Part shown: in pieces, positions 12,895 through 25,849 of the stretch
How the letters are laid out: every line of letters starts with the position of its first letter
Numbering within the stretch: the stretch's first letter is position 1
DNA from: Octopus bimaculoides
Taxonomy: Eukaryota
Length of the DNA: 64,000 nucleotides
Direction of reading: 5' to 3'
Assembly: GCF_001194135.2 (NCBI RefSeq)
Contig: NC_068987.1
Coordinates: forward strand, 27,018,239-27,082,238
The notes under the pieces: generated by a model
Database searches by the model: none
The model's input: the letters and a program-made list of their open reading frames with translations, nothing else
Told to the model about the DNA's origin: nothing
Made by a program: the position numbers and the translations under genes

Positions 12895-13955
12895 GTACAT
12901 ATTTACATTTGACGGATATTTGTTCTCATCTTGTTTTCTGTTACCACAACGTTTCGGCTAGGGAAATTTCGAACCCGGTTTCTCATTCTTCAGATGTTAT
13001 CATTATTATTATTATTATTATTATTCAGATCATTGCCTGTAATCGAACTCGGAATATTGGTGTTAATAGCCCGCGCTCTTAACCACTAAGCCATATGTCC
13101 GGGGGACAATTATGGAGTAAATTTTAGGGCTTGTAAATCCAATATTTTCCTATACTTCCTTAATACCGGTTCCCATATGCTACTCATATCTGCACTAGGT
13201 CTGCTTAGGAGGTTATTATGTCTTAGCATATGTGCTGCTCCTTTTAGTATTCTTATTTTCCAGTGGTGTTCTCTGTCTATTATTTTAACTTCATCCCGCA
13301 GGGGCTGGGTCTCCGTCTTTCCATATATGATCAGCTATACCCGATTTATCAATATCTCCTCATGTCACAGCTTTGTAATGTTCCTCTACACTTATTTTGA
13401 GAGGGTGGAATGTTTCGCCTTAGTATAACCTACCACAGCTGCATGGGATGGGGTACACACAGTCTTTGGTCATATTTTGGAGATATTTGCGAACTGTTGT
13501 ATTACTCTTGAATACTGCCCTGTTGTCACATGGACGGCATATCTTTTGTATCTTTTCGGAGAGGCTTTTCATATAGGGTAGACAGACTGTGGTCAGTGTA
13601 TGCGTTTCATCTTCTCTTCTCTTCATAATTGCAGTGGATAGCATGTTTTGCGGGTAGTTGTTGGTTAATAGATTGTTACTGAGCTTGAGCATTTATGCGT
13701 GGCGTGTATCAGGATCGCTACTTATATTCTTTGCTCGATGTTTTAGTACACTGCATGGATAGTGGGAATTAAAGTTGAGGTATCGCCACTTAACATTGGG
13801 AGAATACTTTAGGAATGAGAACCCAGGTTTGAAATTTCCCCAGGACACTTGATGAAGGCTGGAGATTATATCAGCCCAAACGTTGTTTTAACAAGATGAG
13901 GACATATATCCGTCAAATGCAAATAATATAAATAATTCCTCATCTCTCAAATATA
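12895..13955 (-). mobile_element. Penelope-like element fragment: GIY-YIG endonuclease region with inverted pLTR-like ends
   Basis: ORF 13420-13692 reads VCLPYMKSLSEKIQKICRP..CVYPIPCSCGRLY and continues as DEVKIIDREHHWKIR..AAHM. Segment 12897-12995 is an inverted copy of 13808-13935. Confidence 0.85.
13034..13100 (-). other. tRNA-like Pol III head (A box and B box), followed by an (AAT)n tract, inside the Penelope-like element
   Basis: Minus strand reads tggcttagtggttaagagcgcgggc (A box TGGCTTAGTGG) ... ccgagttcgattacaggc (B box GAGTTCGATT). The acceptor stem is not convincing, so this is not called as a tRNA gene. Confidence 0.6.
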
Positions 13956-13956
13956 G

Positions 13957-13959
<3 letters not shown>

Positions 13960-14055
<96 letters not shown>

Positions 14056-14060
14056 CATAT
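13960..14060. repeat. (AT)n(GT)n microsatellite
   Basis: Seen directly. Confidence 0.95.
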
Positions 14061-15481
14061 GTGCGCGTGTATGGGTATAGCTGCTGTGATTTCAATAGTC
14101 ATACCAGCCCATACCGTTTGGACAAAGTTATATTTATGTATGCTTTTAAGTTGGGTTTTACGATGCCGTAAATATCAATGGCTTATGTGATCGATATGTG
14201 GTGTTAATTCTCCCTACTTCTCTGAAGGTGCCTCAGGATATTTTTTTTACTTTTAAACTTTGCTTGTTATTTTGCTTTTGCTGCAAAATATATTTTAGTT
14301 GTATTTTGAGCAGAATAATAATGTGGTCATTGATATTATGCAGTGTGTATTCATTGATTAATCTACATAATTTCACTTGAAAAAAATATAAATTTGCGCT
14401 TCTCCCACATGTAAAGAAAGCAGACGCATAGAAGGGAAATATATTTTTTATTGGTATTAAATATTTATTTCCCTTGTGTAGATGACACGATTCATCGTAT
14501 GTGTGTGAGTTTTTTGCTTCTACATATTTATTTGATATTGGAATATCACGTTTTGTTGTTTGTCTCTAAATTACTTTGTCTAGGGGATTATTTCTTAAAT
14601 GCATGCAATTTCAAAAAGAGTGAACAATATTTTTAGAGACGATGCTAAAGATATGATTTTTTTTTTTAATCTCTACTACTGTTTGAAGACTACTGTTTCC
14701 TCAAACGTTCTGTTTTATTGATTCTAAAATGATTTCGTTTGATATCTGCTTGGATTCCGTCCTGAGACAGGATGTTAAAATATCAATACGACTTTGAAAT
14801 TTCTCATTTACAAATATAAATGATTGATAATTTATTATTATTTTTTTTTTGTCGTATATTTTCTTGTGTTGAAGAGTCTACTAAACACTTTCTTCCGATG
14901 CTAGCAACAAATGGTTTTGTACCTACCACTTTCTTTGTTTAGACATATAATTTTATATTTCATATCTGTTTGATCTTATATCTAACATTTAAAGGTGATT
15001 ACTGGATGTATCAATCATTTCCAACTACTAAAGTTTGATAGCAGACTAGTAAAAACAAATATGCCTTTGTATATTTCATCTATTCTCTGGTCAGCTGGTT
15101 TATGCACCCATTTGAGAGAAGATAGAATGTCTAATTGTAATACGCAAATATTTTATTAATTCTCTTGAATATTTACTTTCATATTTTTGTGATTTCAGAT
15201 GTGATATTTCGGTTCAAGGTCATTTAAATCAACATATAAAAAACCAACTGGGAATATACTACTTATAATTATATGGATTCACCCCCTTTCAATTTATTTC
15301 ATTCATGAATGAAACTCAAAATCTGCTCTATGATACATTGAAACAAGTTTGTATCTTTTTTTTTCAAATACACATACACACATTTATAGATAGCTTATGT
15401 GTTAACTTGAGATTAATGAATTGTGTGTTATTTTAACTACGATTTTACAATTTACTTCGGAATATATCAAGAAAGATCTAC

Positions 15482-15685
15482 AGCGGCTAACTGGCAGAAA
15501 CGTTACCGCGCGGTAAAATGCTTAGTGGCATTTCGTTCGTCTTTGTTTCCTGAGTTAAAAATTCCGATGAGGTCGAATTTGCTCATCATAAACTTCGGAG
15601 TGGGTAAAATAAGTACCATTTTAGAACTGGCGTCGATGTAATCGATTTGCCTACCAACCCTTGTGCCGAAATTTGAAACAAATAT
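15482..15685 (+). mobile_element. SINE family A, diverged
   Basis: gcggctaactggcagaaacgtt..atgcttagtggcatttcg..aaattccgatgaggtcga..taagtacca..gtcgatgtaatcga. Confidence 0.8.
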
Positions 15686-16228
15686 ATCAAGAATGATTCG
15701 AACGCAGCTTTAGCTCCCTCACACACATACACACACATGGGTATGATGATCACTTTGTTGTGATTCGATTCTTTGAATCATATTGATCATATTGATCAAG
15801 ACTATTTCATTTCACAATTCTTCCTGTCTACTGACTTGAAAAGAGTTTTAGCCTAGTGCTGATGCAGCACACATTCCCTTCAGCTATTCATCTTTAGATA
15901 TTTTGTTACGTAAACAGTACAAAGGCGCGAAAAATTTAGATGTAAAAGATATAAAGGTAAGTGTTGAACGTGCCACATGTTGTCTCGATTATGACTAACA
16001 GCTATCGTTTAATCTTTAATTATTTTGCCTTTTTAACGTTTCTTTCTATATTCATAAGGCTGTGTCAGACATAAGGCACTGCCGACTTAGTCTATTAACA
16101 AACAACTCAGTACCAATATATAAGTTTGTACTTATTCTATATTTTTTTTTTTGATTTTACAATGACATAATCAAGTCTGCACGGTTGCCATGCAATGAGA
16201 GAAAAGCACGCAAACAGACAGACAGACT

Positions 16229-16259
<31 letters not shown>

Positions 16260-16949
16260 ACATTCACCAAACTTTGCGCAGTTTTGTCTTCAAAATTCCC
16301 TCTCAAAGCATTGGTCGACCGGGGTCGTAGTAGAAAGCCCAATGAGCCGCACAGTGGAATTGAAACTGAAGGCTTACCGTTATTAGCCGAAAGCCTGCGC
16401 TCATGTTTCTAAGTGTTACTACATACATACACACAATCACACGCACACACACACATACACACACACTCATATACATATGTACGTACATCCNNNNNNNNNN
16501 NNNNNNNNNNNNNNNNNNNNNNNNNNNNNNNNNNNNNNNNNNNNNNNNNNNNNNNNNNNNNNNNNNNNNNNNNNNNNNNNNNNNNNNNNNNNNNNNNNNN
16601 NNNNNNNNNNNNNNNNNNNNNNNNNNNNNNNNNNNNNNNNNNNNNNNNNNNNNNNNNNNNNNNNNNNNNNNNNNNNNNNNNNNNNNNNNNNNNNNNNNNN
16701 NNNNNNNNNNNNNNNNNNNNNNNNNNNNNNNNNNNNNNNNNNNNNNNNNNNNNNNNNNNNNNNNNNNNNNNNNNNNNNNNNNNNNNNNNNNNNNNNNNNN
16801 NNNNNNNNNNNNNNNNNNNNNNNNNNNNNNNNNNNNNNNNNNNNNNNNNNNNNNNNNNNNNNNNNNNNNNNNNNNNNNNNNNNNNNNNNNNNNNNNNNNN
16901 NNNNNNNNNNNNNNNNNNNNNNNNNNNTATATATATACGTATGAATACA

Positions 16950-17105
16950 CACAACGAGCTTCTTTCAGTTTCCGTCTACCAGATCCAGTCACAAGGTTGT
17001 GGTTGGGCCAAGTCTATAATAGAAGACACCTGCTCAAGGTGTCACGCAGTGGGACTAAAGCCTGAACCATATGGCTGGGAAGCAAGCTTCTTACCACAGT
17101 GCCAA
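16950..17105 (-). mobile_element. tRNA-derived SINE family B
   Basis: ttctttcagtttccgtctacc..cacgcagtgggact..gggaagcaagcttcttaccacag, shared with copies near 27.8, 28.6 and 60.0 kb. Confidence 0.8.
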
Positions 17106-17291
17106 ACTAGTTAAATGATAATGACAATATTTACCGCTGGGCTTACACTAAATTGTGAGCAAACTGAAATCGAAGAATACTAAAATACATATACAAATTC
17201 ACTTTACGTGCTTGAGTAAAGACCGACGAAATATCGCTAAGTATTTCGCCCGGCCTGCTAACATTTCTGCCAGCTCGCCGCCTCTTAACAA

Positions 17292-17520
17292 GAGCGGCGA
17301 GCTGGAAGAATCGTTAGCACGCCGGGCGAAATACTTAGCGGTATTTCGTCTGCCGTTACTTTCTGTGTTGAAATTCCGCCGATGTCGACTTCGCCTTTCG
17401 TCTTTTCGGGGTCGATTATATAAGTACCAGTTACGTACTGGGGTCGATGTAATCCACTTAAACTTTTGTCTGTCCTTGTTTGTCCCTTCTGTGTTTAACC
17501 CCATGTGGGCAATAAAGAAA
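17292..17520 (+). mobile_element. SINE family A, near full length, preceded by an inverted copy of its own head (17225-17286)
   Basis: gcggcgagctggaagaatcgttagcacgccgggcgaaatacttagcggtatttcgtc..ggggtcga..aataaagaaata. Confidence 0.9.
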
Positions 17521-17789
17521 TACATATATATATATATATTAACATATGTTGCCACAGGTAAATATCCTTCTCTATTTACTAAACGAAAATAAATTACTAC
17601 ATTCATGCAAGTTCAGATCACCCACATTCACATCCACCATCAATTATCAACCATGTACATATAACATTAATAGTCGTATCTACCACATATATCCTGATGA
17701 AGCAATACTCAAATGAGCTTCCCCGTACTAGAACAATGTCCTAGTTAGATCTAATTTCTTCGATGACCTTATCTTTATAGAAGCCACTC

Positions 17790-18330
17790 AACTAAAGGCA
17801 AAAAATGTTGGCGTAGAAAGAGCCTGTCGTTCTATTTCCCATATAGTTTGATCACAGCAAGAAATCTAGCTAGAAGATTCCACAAAATAATGCATACTCG
17901 CCTTCCGAGTTTGAATACATATCTGAAATATTTAACAGAAACAATGGCTCACAAAACTTCAACCACAATAGGAAAAACATAGGCTCATAAACCTTCAACC
18001 ATAAGAAGGAAAACATGACCCAAGTTAGACTCCATAATGATTATGTAACTGAAGATACACCAGAAAATACCTTCTATGCGACAAATGTCTTCAGAAAGAA
18101 GTAGGATACAGTGCTAACATCATTCATAAGGCATAATGATAACCGATATTCGAATCACTAGAGCGTCTATATGAAAGATACACACAACGTGCTGCTTCAT
18201 TCAGAGATATTGCCTAGCGTATTACTACATCACTTCTCGACTCGATGCACTCATCTTAACATCTACATATAGAAAAATCCTGTACAAGATTGCTATTTGC
18301 CAAAAGCTTTATTGAAGACAACTATTATGT
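17790..18330 (+). mobile_element. Decayed Penelope-like GIY-YIG region (second lineage)
   Basis: Frameshifted remnants KIFNRNN, KCLQKEVGYSANI and ERYTQRAASFRD resemble the CPLxGKCL..YIG..FKxRYxxHxxSF segment of PLE endonucleases. Confidence 0.5.
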
Positions 18331-19515
18331 TGCATAATTACTCACAAAACTCAAATACGATTAAAATTATATAACCCCAAAATAAACCCTGGCATAAATT
18401 TCACCACACTTACTAAAACTTTTATTGAAACGCCAGGGTAAAGCTATACTACCCAAGTTAGAGCTTTGCTTTGACCTATCGACCTATTGCCAGGGTAATA
18501 TAAAATTAGCTTAACGTGATGGCTCAAATATTCGATATAACATCCTTATTCAATAGAAACCACATTGTTATTCTACTCTATAAGTTATTGACTTGCATTT
18601 TGTAATTTATATTATGTTTTGCCTCTTGTGTTATGCACAAATTATTGATTTTGCTTAACACAAGTTGAATGCATACTAAGTAACAAAAATTGAATTCTAT
18701 CGAAGTCGCTTTCTGTGAGCTTACATATTCAAACCAACAATGATTAACAAGTGATTCTCGAGGAAACCCTGAAGGCGTCTACATGGAAGTAGTTGAAGTA
18801 GATAACCTTACTCTGATTCAAATCTGAAATACTTACTTTTGAAAATAAAACCGCTGGCGAATGCTGTTACTATATTTCGTATTATGCGCCAGAGAAAATT
18901 TTCTTACAATGCCTACCGACATCTTCAACCAGATATATTTGGCGTCACATTTTGATAGGTGTTGACAAATCAAAGTTTTGCTGCGAAAGGCCTCATGGAA
19001 TATTTCAGAATTTTTAGTGAGCATAAAAGAACCCGAGATCTCATTAAGAGATTATTTTTATTGTAAATGGGGACTATGCTCTAATTTTAGATGAAATATT
19101 TCCTCTTACGGTAGTTTCATTATTTCTTGATTCACTCAAATAACGTGTAGATAACAAACTATGGATCATGTATATAAAACAGCTAGTGTTATTTCAAAAT
19201 AATTCCTTCTCCTATTAATTATTGAAGATGCTAATCATAACGGAGCAGAATTCTTAAAACATTATATGCAGAGCAACTTTTATTTACCGACTAATACTTC
19301 ACTACCATACAATGTATTTCAATAAATTCTTGTTTGCCTTCAAACACACATACACACATACACACACATACATGTAGACATTTATTTATATATACACCTA
19401 GACTGTCTCACACACATGTGTATGTATAGGTATATGTATATGTGAGTGCTTCGGTGTGTACATGGGATTAGAAAGTTATACATCACTAGCATATAACGCG
19501 GCGGTTACTTTAAAA

Positions 19516-20300
19516 TATACGAGGTTTGATCAACATGTGCCGCTTGGCACACATTGACCTTGAACTTTGTTGTGCATGCAGACTAACCTTTAATGTTCTA
19601 GCTCACTTTCGTTGTTTACAGCGGTGCTTGGGAGTAATGTTTGTAACGTGTGATCGTAGCATTAGCCATGACAAAGAAAGTTGTGATGGCGATACCTGTT
19701 CAGAGGCCAACACAAAGTTGCAGAGTGTATGGAGAGAAGTGTATGAGCTGCACTCAAGTGTACGAGTGGTGCAGACGTTTCGAAGATGGCCAAAAAATAT
19801 CAAGAGGGACGAACGTTCTGGGAGACCCAAAATCAGCAAAACTGAGAAACACATCGCAGATATGCGTTGTAGCTATGACGGGAAATTGTTGAATCGCCAT
19901 TCATGAGTTATCAGAGGATGTACAGATTAGTTACGGTTCAGTTGAGTCCATAATCACTGGAGATCTGTGTATGAGACGCGTGTGTCCCAAGTTTGTGCCC
20001 GAACTGCTTTTAGCTGACCAAAAGGACATTCGAGTTTCAGTTACACAAGATCGCTTTGTGTCGAGAACGATGAAAACTTTTTGAAAACTTTGCTTAGGTC
20101 TCTGAGCAGGTGTCGCCAAGCATTTGGCAAAGTTTGATGCAAATTCTCTGCTCAACTTCCTCTGTCATGGTCAATACGGCGAACACACACTATACACGTT
20201 ATTTTCAAGCACTGCTGTAAACAGCGAAAGTGAACTAGAACGTTTAAACTTAGTGCACATGTTCAGCAGAGGTGAAGATCAAACTGTGCTAAGCGGCTTT
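19516..20300 (+). mobile_element. Decayed mariner transposon (N-terminal HTH region)
   Basis: TA-CGAGG terminal motif at about 19517. Peptides VYGEKCMSCTQVYEWCRRFEDG, DERSGRPKISKTE and MRRVCPKFVPELL (cf. WVPxxL). Confidence 0.85.
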
Positions 20301-22544
20301 ACTCTGCGTGCATTAGCTTCGTTACTATAGCAACAGTCCGGATGCTAACTGATCAGTCCATGTACATATAAATATATATTGCATGGTTATAATAATCCCT
20401 TGTATACCATTTCTATGTTACTTTTCAGAAGCAATTTAAATGATGTATGTTAATGCTCACCTAGATAAATTTCTCATTCGAGTGTACAATCCCTTAAACC
20501 GAAAATTGAAGTCCGCTGATTATGCTGCACATCACAGGATCAGTAGTGGTCATAAGAGAGTGAGATTCATCTCAACAGTATGGATTGCAGTAGTTCCTTA
20601 TATGCATCTTCCATATGACATTTACTCTCTAAAATTTGGCACTAAACGAGTGAGTTTATCTAAAATGCCCGTTGAATTCTTTAACACAGATGCAAAGCCA
20701 ACATTTTGAGTTTCGCATTGTTGCATTACTTGACTCTGTTGAATATATGCTCACTTATTTTCATAAAACAAAGCACTTCATAATATTCTTGTTCTTAACA
20801 GATATATAAAAAAAAAATAACTCCAGCATGATCATAGCCATAGATACTATATAAATTGAAGAACATGCAGTCCAATATATTGCTGTAATGCTTTTTTAGT
20901 TTGCTGAGCCACACATTGAATAACAAAGCAAATAGGCTGATGTTTGTCTGCTTTGACAAGACTTATTATTTTGCAAAATCAACAAAAAGTGTATACGACA
21001 TGCCTTGGTGAATGGGAAATGTTATGCTGCGGATAAAATTATTCTTCATGAAAAAGTTGACAGGAGTGAAACTAAAGAGAGATGCCAGAGTCTTGCATCG
21101 TTTAAGTCAGAAAAACTGGATGTAAATTTTCTAACTTAGATGTGATAAATTCTTCTTCTATATGTCAGATGTTGCCTTACGAAAGATTCGAGGAAACTCT
21201 CTCTATTAATTTTTTGGATTCCTGTTTCATAGTTGCGCTTGCAGCTGGGAAGAGACCCTTACAACAGATATCAATATGTATACTTTATGTTATTGTGGAA
21301 TGTGTTGTATTCAATTTATCTATGGCATATGTGCACACATCTACAAAAATGCAAAATGAATTGTTATATAGCGTAAACATAAAACTAATGGAAACAATTT
21401 TCACAGTATCATATATCCCCATTTCAGGGTTATGTTACTTTCGGAGTTATGTTACTTTCATTTTGGCTATTTATGAAGGTACCCCACACAGAAAAGCAAA
21501 AGCAAAAAAAAAAAAAAAAAAAAAAAAAANNNNNNNNNNNNNNNNNNNNNNNNNNNNNNNNNNNNNNNNNNNNNNNNNNNNNNNNNNNNNNNNNNNNNNN
21601 NNNNNNNNNNNNNNNNNNNNNNNNNNNNNNNNNNNNNNNNNNNNNNNNNNNNNNNNNNNNNNNNNNNNNNNNNNNNNNNNNNNNNNNNNNNNNNNNNNNN
21701 NNNNNNNNNNNNNNNNNNNNNNNNNNNNNNNNNNNNNNNNNNNNNNNNNNNNNNNNNNNNNNNNNNNNNNNNNNNNNNNNNNNNNNNNNNNNNNNNNNNN
21801 NNNNNNNNNNNNNNNNNNNNNNNNNNNNNNNNNNNNNNNNNNNNNNNNNNNNNNNNNNNNNNNNNNNNNNNNNNNNNNNNNNNNNNNNNNNNNNNNNNNN
21901 NNNNNNNNNNNNNNNNNNNNNNNNNNNNNNNNNNNNNNNNNNNNNNNNNNNNNNNNNNNNNNNNNNNNNNNNNNNNNNNNNNNNNNNNNNNNNNNNNNNN
22001 NNNNNNNNNNNNNNNNNNNNNNGAGGGTCTGTATGCTGTATATGTAAGTGCTGTGTGTGTGAATGTGTGTGTGTCTCCGTTTACCTGCGTATGTTCCTTA
22101 TGCATTCGAAAACTGAGTTACCAATTTTGACGTATGAAGTATCAAAAGGTTCAGTAATATTTCGGTTACCAAATAAAGTATGTTTTTGAAACAACAACTC
22201 TTTTTTACTATTAAAAGAACTTCGAAAACGAGGTCGGATGGCACAATTTTGTGGTCATTTTCGGAGTATGTTTCGATTTGCTTCTAATGTCTCTCTTTCT
22301 TCCGATGTTTCACGCATTCGTAGAATTCTAATGAAATGATACACGTTAAAAATATCAAACCACCACCACAAAACATGACATGCTACAAACAACACCTACA
22401 AGACATTATTTCTGAAGAAACGTCCCCGCTTTCAAAAACGCTAAAACATTCAGAGGTATTACCATTTTGAAAGCGGGTAGGTGATGAGTGATTAGAGGTT
22501 GGGAAACGATAACTGAGTGTTTATTTCATAGCGATATTTTAATT

Positions 22545-22890
22545 ACCATAAGGTAAAGACCCCCTTCGATCATAAATGACCATGGGATTGCATCTAGAAA
22601 GCTATTCTCCAAAGCACAAGTGCGAGTAAGGTTGTTTATTGCAGAACAGCAGTCACCCATGCATGCCAGTCTCCCCTCTCCACACAGCTGATGTTATCCA
22701 AGTGAAATTCAATGGCCGATATAGCTTGGCACCAGTGACGTCGCAGCTCATTTCTACAGTTGAGGGAACTGAAACAACGTTAAATAAACTGTCATACTGA
22801 AGAACATAGCACACATCACGGTCCAGGAGGCGAACTTACTTCCTCATGATTGTGGGCCCGGTGCTCTAACCACTCAGTCATGCACCTGGT
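22545..22890 (-). mobile_element. tRNA-derived SINE family D (about 340 bp)
   Basis: Minus-strand head ggtgcatgactgagtggttagagcacc..agttcgcc, a conserved-looking body (gtagaaatgagctgcgacgtcactggtgccaagct) and a ggggtctttacc tail. Confidence 0.75.
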
Positions 22891-23447
22891 CACAACTTTG
22901 AACTTTGAGCATGATTAAAATATAATTTATTCTTAAAGCTAAAAGCACAAAGAACTGCACAGTTTTAGGGTGACCATTAATTATTTCAAAATTTCGATTG
23001 ATATAATTGACCTTGAGAATTTGCAGCTGCGCAGCATATAAAATTAAGCAGTGAAAAGCAGTTAATATATCTTCCTAAAAGTAATCAATTCTGTCTCAAT
23101 CCTACCGTATATAATACAGAAATATAGATAAAAACGAACGTTTCATCAATACAGATAGATGTTAGAAATTTTCGCTGTGATATCGGTATAAAGCAACCAC
23201 ACATTGCAACAAGAACAAGCAATGTATTTGAATAGTTATGATCTTAAAACCAACATCATTATGCATTTCAGCAAATTGTAACATCTTTTCTAGAAGTGAC
23301 GGAACCCAATAGGAAGCAGTTAAACTTTGAAAAATAAGCAGCTTAACAAATCACAGGAAAATATCTGACTGCGCGTTAATCAATTTTCTATAAAGTTTAA
23401 AACAGACTATAATGAAACACTCACAGATAGCAATAAAACAACAACAC

Positions 23448-23448
<1 letters not shown>

Positions 23449-23511
<63 letters not shown>

Positions 23512-23560
23512 CACCACCACCACCACTACCACCATCACCACCACTACTACCATCACCATT
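23449..23560. repeat. (CTA)n(CCA)n trinucleotide repeat
   Basis: Seen directly. Confidence 0.95.
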
Positions 23561-23703
23561 TTTGAAATTGAGGGTATTCAATAGTGAAGAATAAATGAAA
23601 TTGTAAAGTAGAACAATATCAAATAAATCAACAACATTATGTATAACAAAACCACTAACAAGAGATATTTAATAATATTCATATTAAAAACACTAAATTA
23701 CTA

Positions 23704-23746
<43 letters not shown>

Positions 23747-24462
23747 CCATTACAAAGTTTTGAGCAAAAGAACTTTTAATTTTAATATACTTTAGCATTG
23801 AAGTTTCAGAGTAACTCTAAATATACAGGATTTTCATGGCAGATATGGTTAATTGCGGAAGCGATAATACATATTTCATGAGGAAGAATATTCATACGTA
23901 GAAATTTATTCGCCGAGATAGAGCTAGATGCGTCAATTGATTGACCTGTAGTATCTTAACTGATACAACCAATCAATTGTATTGGCTTCTTTGCGGCTAA
24001 AACAGACGCTATGTTTAGCAATCATAGCTATATCCTTCCGTTTCTCCATTTCAACGCATAATTTCATATTTACTTATTTATCTATTATACTGGTCGAATC
24101 AAAACATACAAAAAGGAACGGGGCCTTTTGATCTCAGTAACATGGCTGCATTATATCATGTAATTTTATAACAAATCACGTTAGGACATCCTAATTGCAT
24201 TTATTTATGATTAACACACGCGCTGATCGTTCTAATGTTTTTCATTGGGGCGAAGAGCGATGTTAATGTTTCCCCAGTCGCGCTATAATGGACGTTGAGA
24301 ATCGGACATCTCCTGATATATGGATTTATTCTAGAAAATCAAATTACTTCAGTTAGTTAAGTGAAAGTTTATGAAGAGAGATGGTGGTAGGGGAAGATAG
24401 AGGTAGGTCTAAAGATGAGGAGGGAAATTAATTCTTATTAGGCTATAATTATTCCATGTATT

Positions 24463-24465
24463 GTT

Positions 24466-24512
<47 letters not shown>

Positions 24513-24540
24513 TGTCATCATCATCATCGTCGTCATCCTT
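24463..24540. repeat. (ATC)n trinucleotide repeat
   Basis: Seen directly. Confidence 0.95.
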
Positions 24541-25660
24541 ATCATCTGCTGATTTTCTTCCGCATTGTTATTAACAGTAGTGGTGGTATTTTCATTATTG
24601 CTCTTCTTGATATTGTTATGATCAAATGTTGTTGATATTACTTCTTTTTTTTTTGTTTTTTTGTTTCCTATTGCTTTTGCAGCAGCCGTGGCTACTCTTG
24701 TTTTTGATCATGGTCTGGATTTTCAGCCTAATTGTATCATTTTCATACTAAGCACTGTAATTAATATTGACATTCTCACTAACATTCTACGATTTTTTCA
24801 ATAAAAGTCATGTGTGGTCATGTTTACTTCAAAGCTGTCTAACATATCTTAAAAAGACTCCACGTCTCAATTTTATGACCATTTCATATGGCTTTTTCAA
24901 TAAAATATTACAGTTAACAGATGATTTATAGTTCACGTGTGCAAGGAATTGTAAATAATAGATTAAAGCGTTTAGTCGATGATTTTATTTCTTCGCTTTC
25001 AATTCCTGTTGATGTCCAGGGCAACTTTTGTCTTCTATTCAATATAACAGCAAGTACAGCACTTGCAGAGCGGATGCAAGGTACAGCAATAAAATACATA
25101 TAAAACAAGGACATTGAAAATAAACGTGCTAATATGAGTAAACGCTTCCAAAATCAATTGAATGACTATTGATATTTTACGAATTCATTTTTGTTTTCTA
25201 CTGTGGATATTCTTACACTTAAACAAACGTGGAAACAAAATAAAGTATAGATATAAAACATAGAGAAACGCACAAATTGCATATCCTAATATACATATCA
25301 CATGTATATATACTTCCATATACCCACAAGTAGGTGCATATGGTTATACAAATGGGAGAAGGGGGAAATAATAGTTCGCAAAGCAGAGTTTACATATTCA
25401 TTTATAAGCTGAATGTACAGGATTTAAGTGCATAGAAGTTCCTTGAAAACATGTTCCAGGAGATTTTTGACATGGATACCATATATATATATAATACAGA
25501 GAGATAGCGGGAGGAGTGCGAGAGAAAGAGAGTGAGAGCGAACAATGTAAATTTAAAAAGATGAAACCGCTTGGGATAAACATACAAAATATACATGGAT
25601 GTCTACATGTAAATGGAGAGAAAAGAAAGACAATATTTAGACGAGGATTATTCATGTTGC

Positions 25661-25695
<35 letters not shown>

Positions 25696-25716
25696 ATATA
25701 TATATANNNNNNNNNN

Positions 25717-25764
<48 letters not shown>

Positions 25765-25849
25765 GTGTGTGTATATATAGACATTTATATATTAATTGGG
25801 CAAACTTACACAGAGTGCAAAGCCATTTCAAATCATAATGCAGGTAAAT

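Noticed and set aside
16303-17114. Long ORFs spanning N-runs (also 21142-22189, 31587-32231, 36937-38209, 58932-59489)
   Set aside because: Artefacts of translating assembly gaps.
20440-20709. 89-aa + strand ORF
   Set aside because: Unrecognised peptide; the nearby acceptor leads to stops in all frames.
23934-23979. Small hairpin (caattgattg/caatcaattg) containing acctgtag, reminiscent of miR-10/miR-993
   Set aside because: Large asymmetric internal loop, and only about 8 nt match the known mature sequences.
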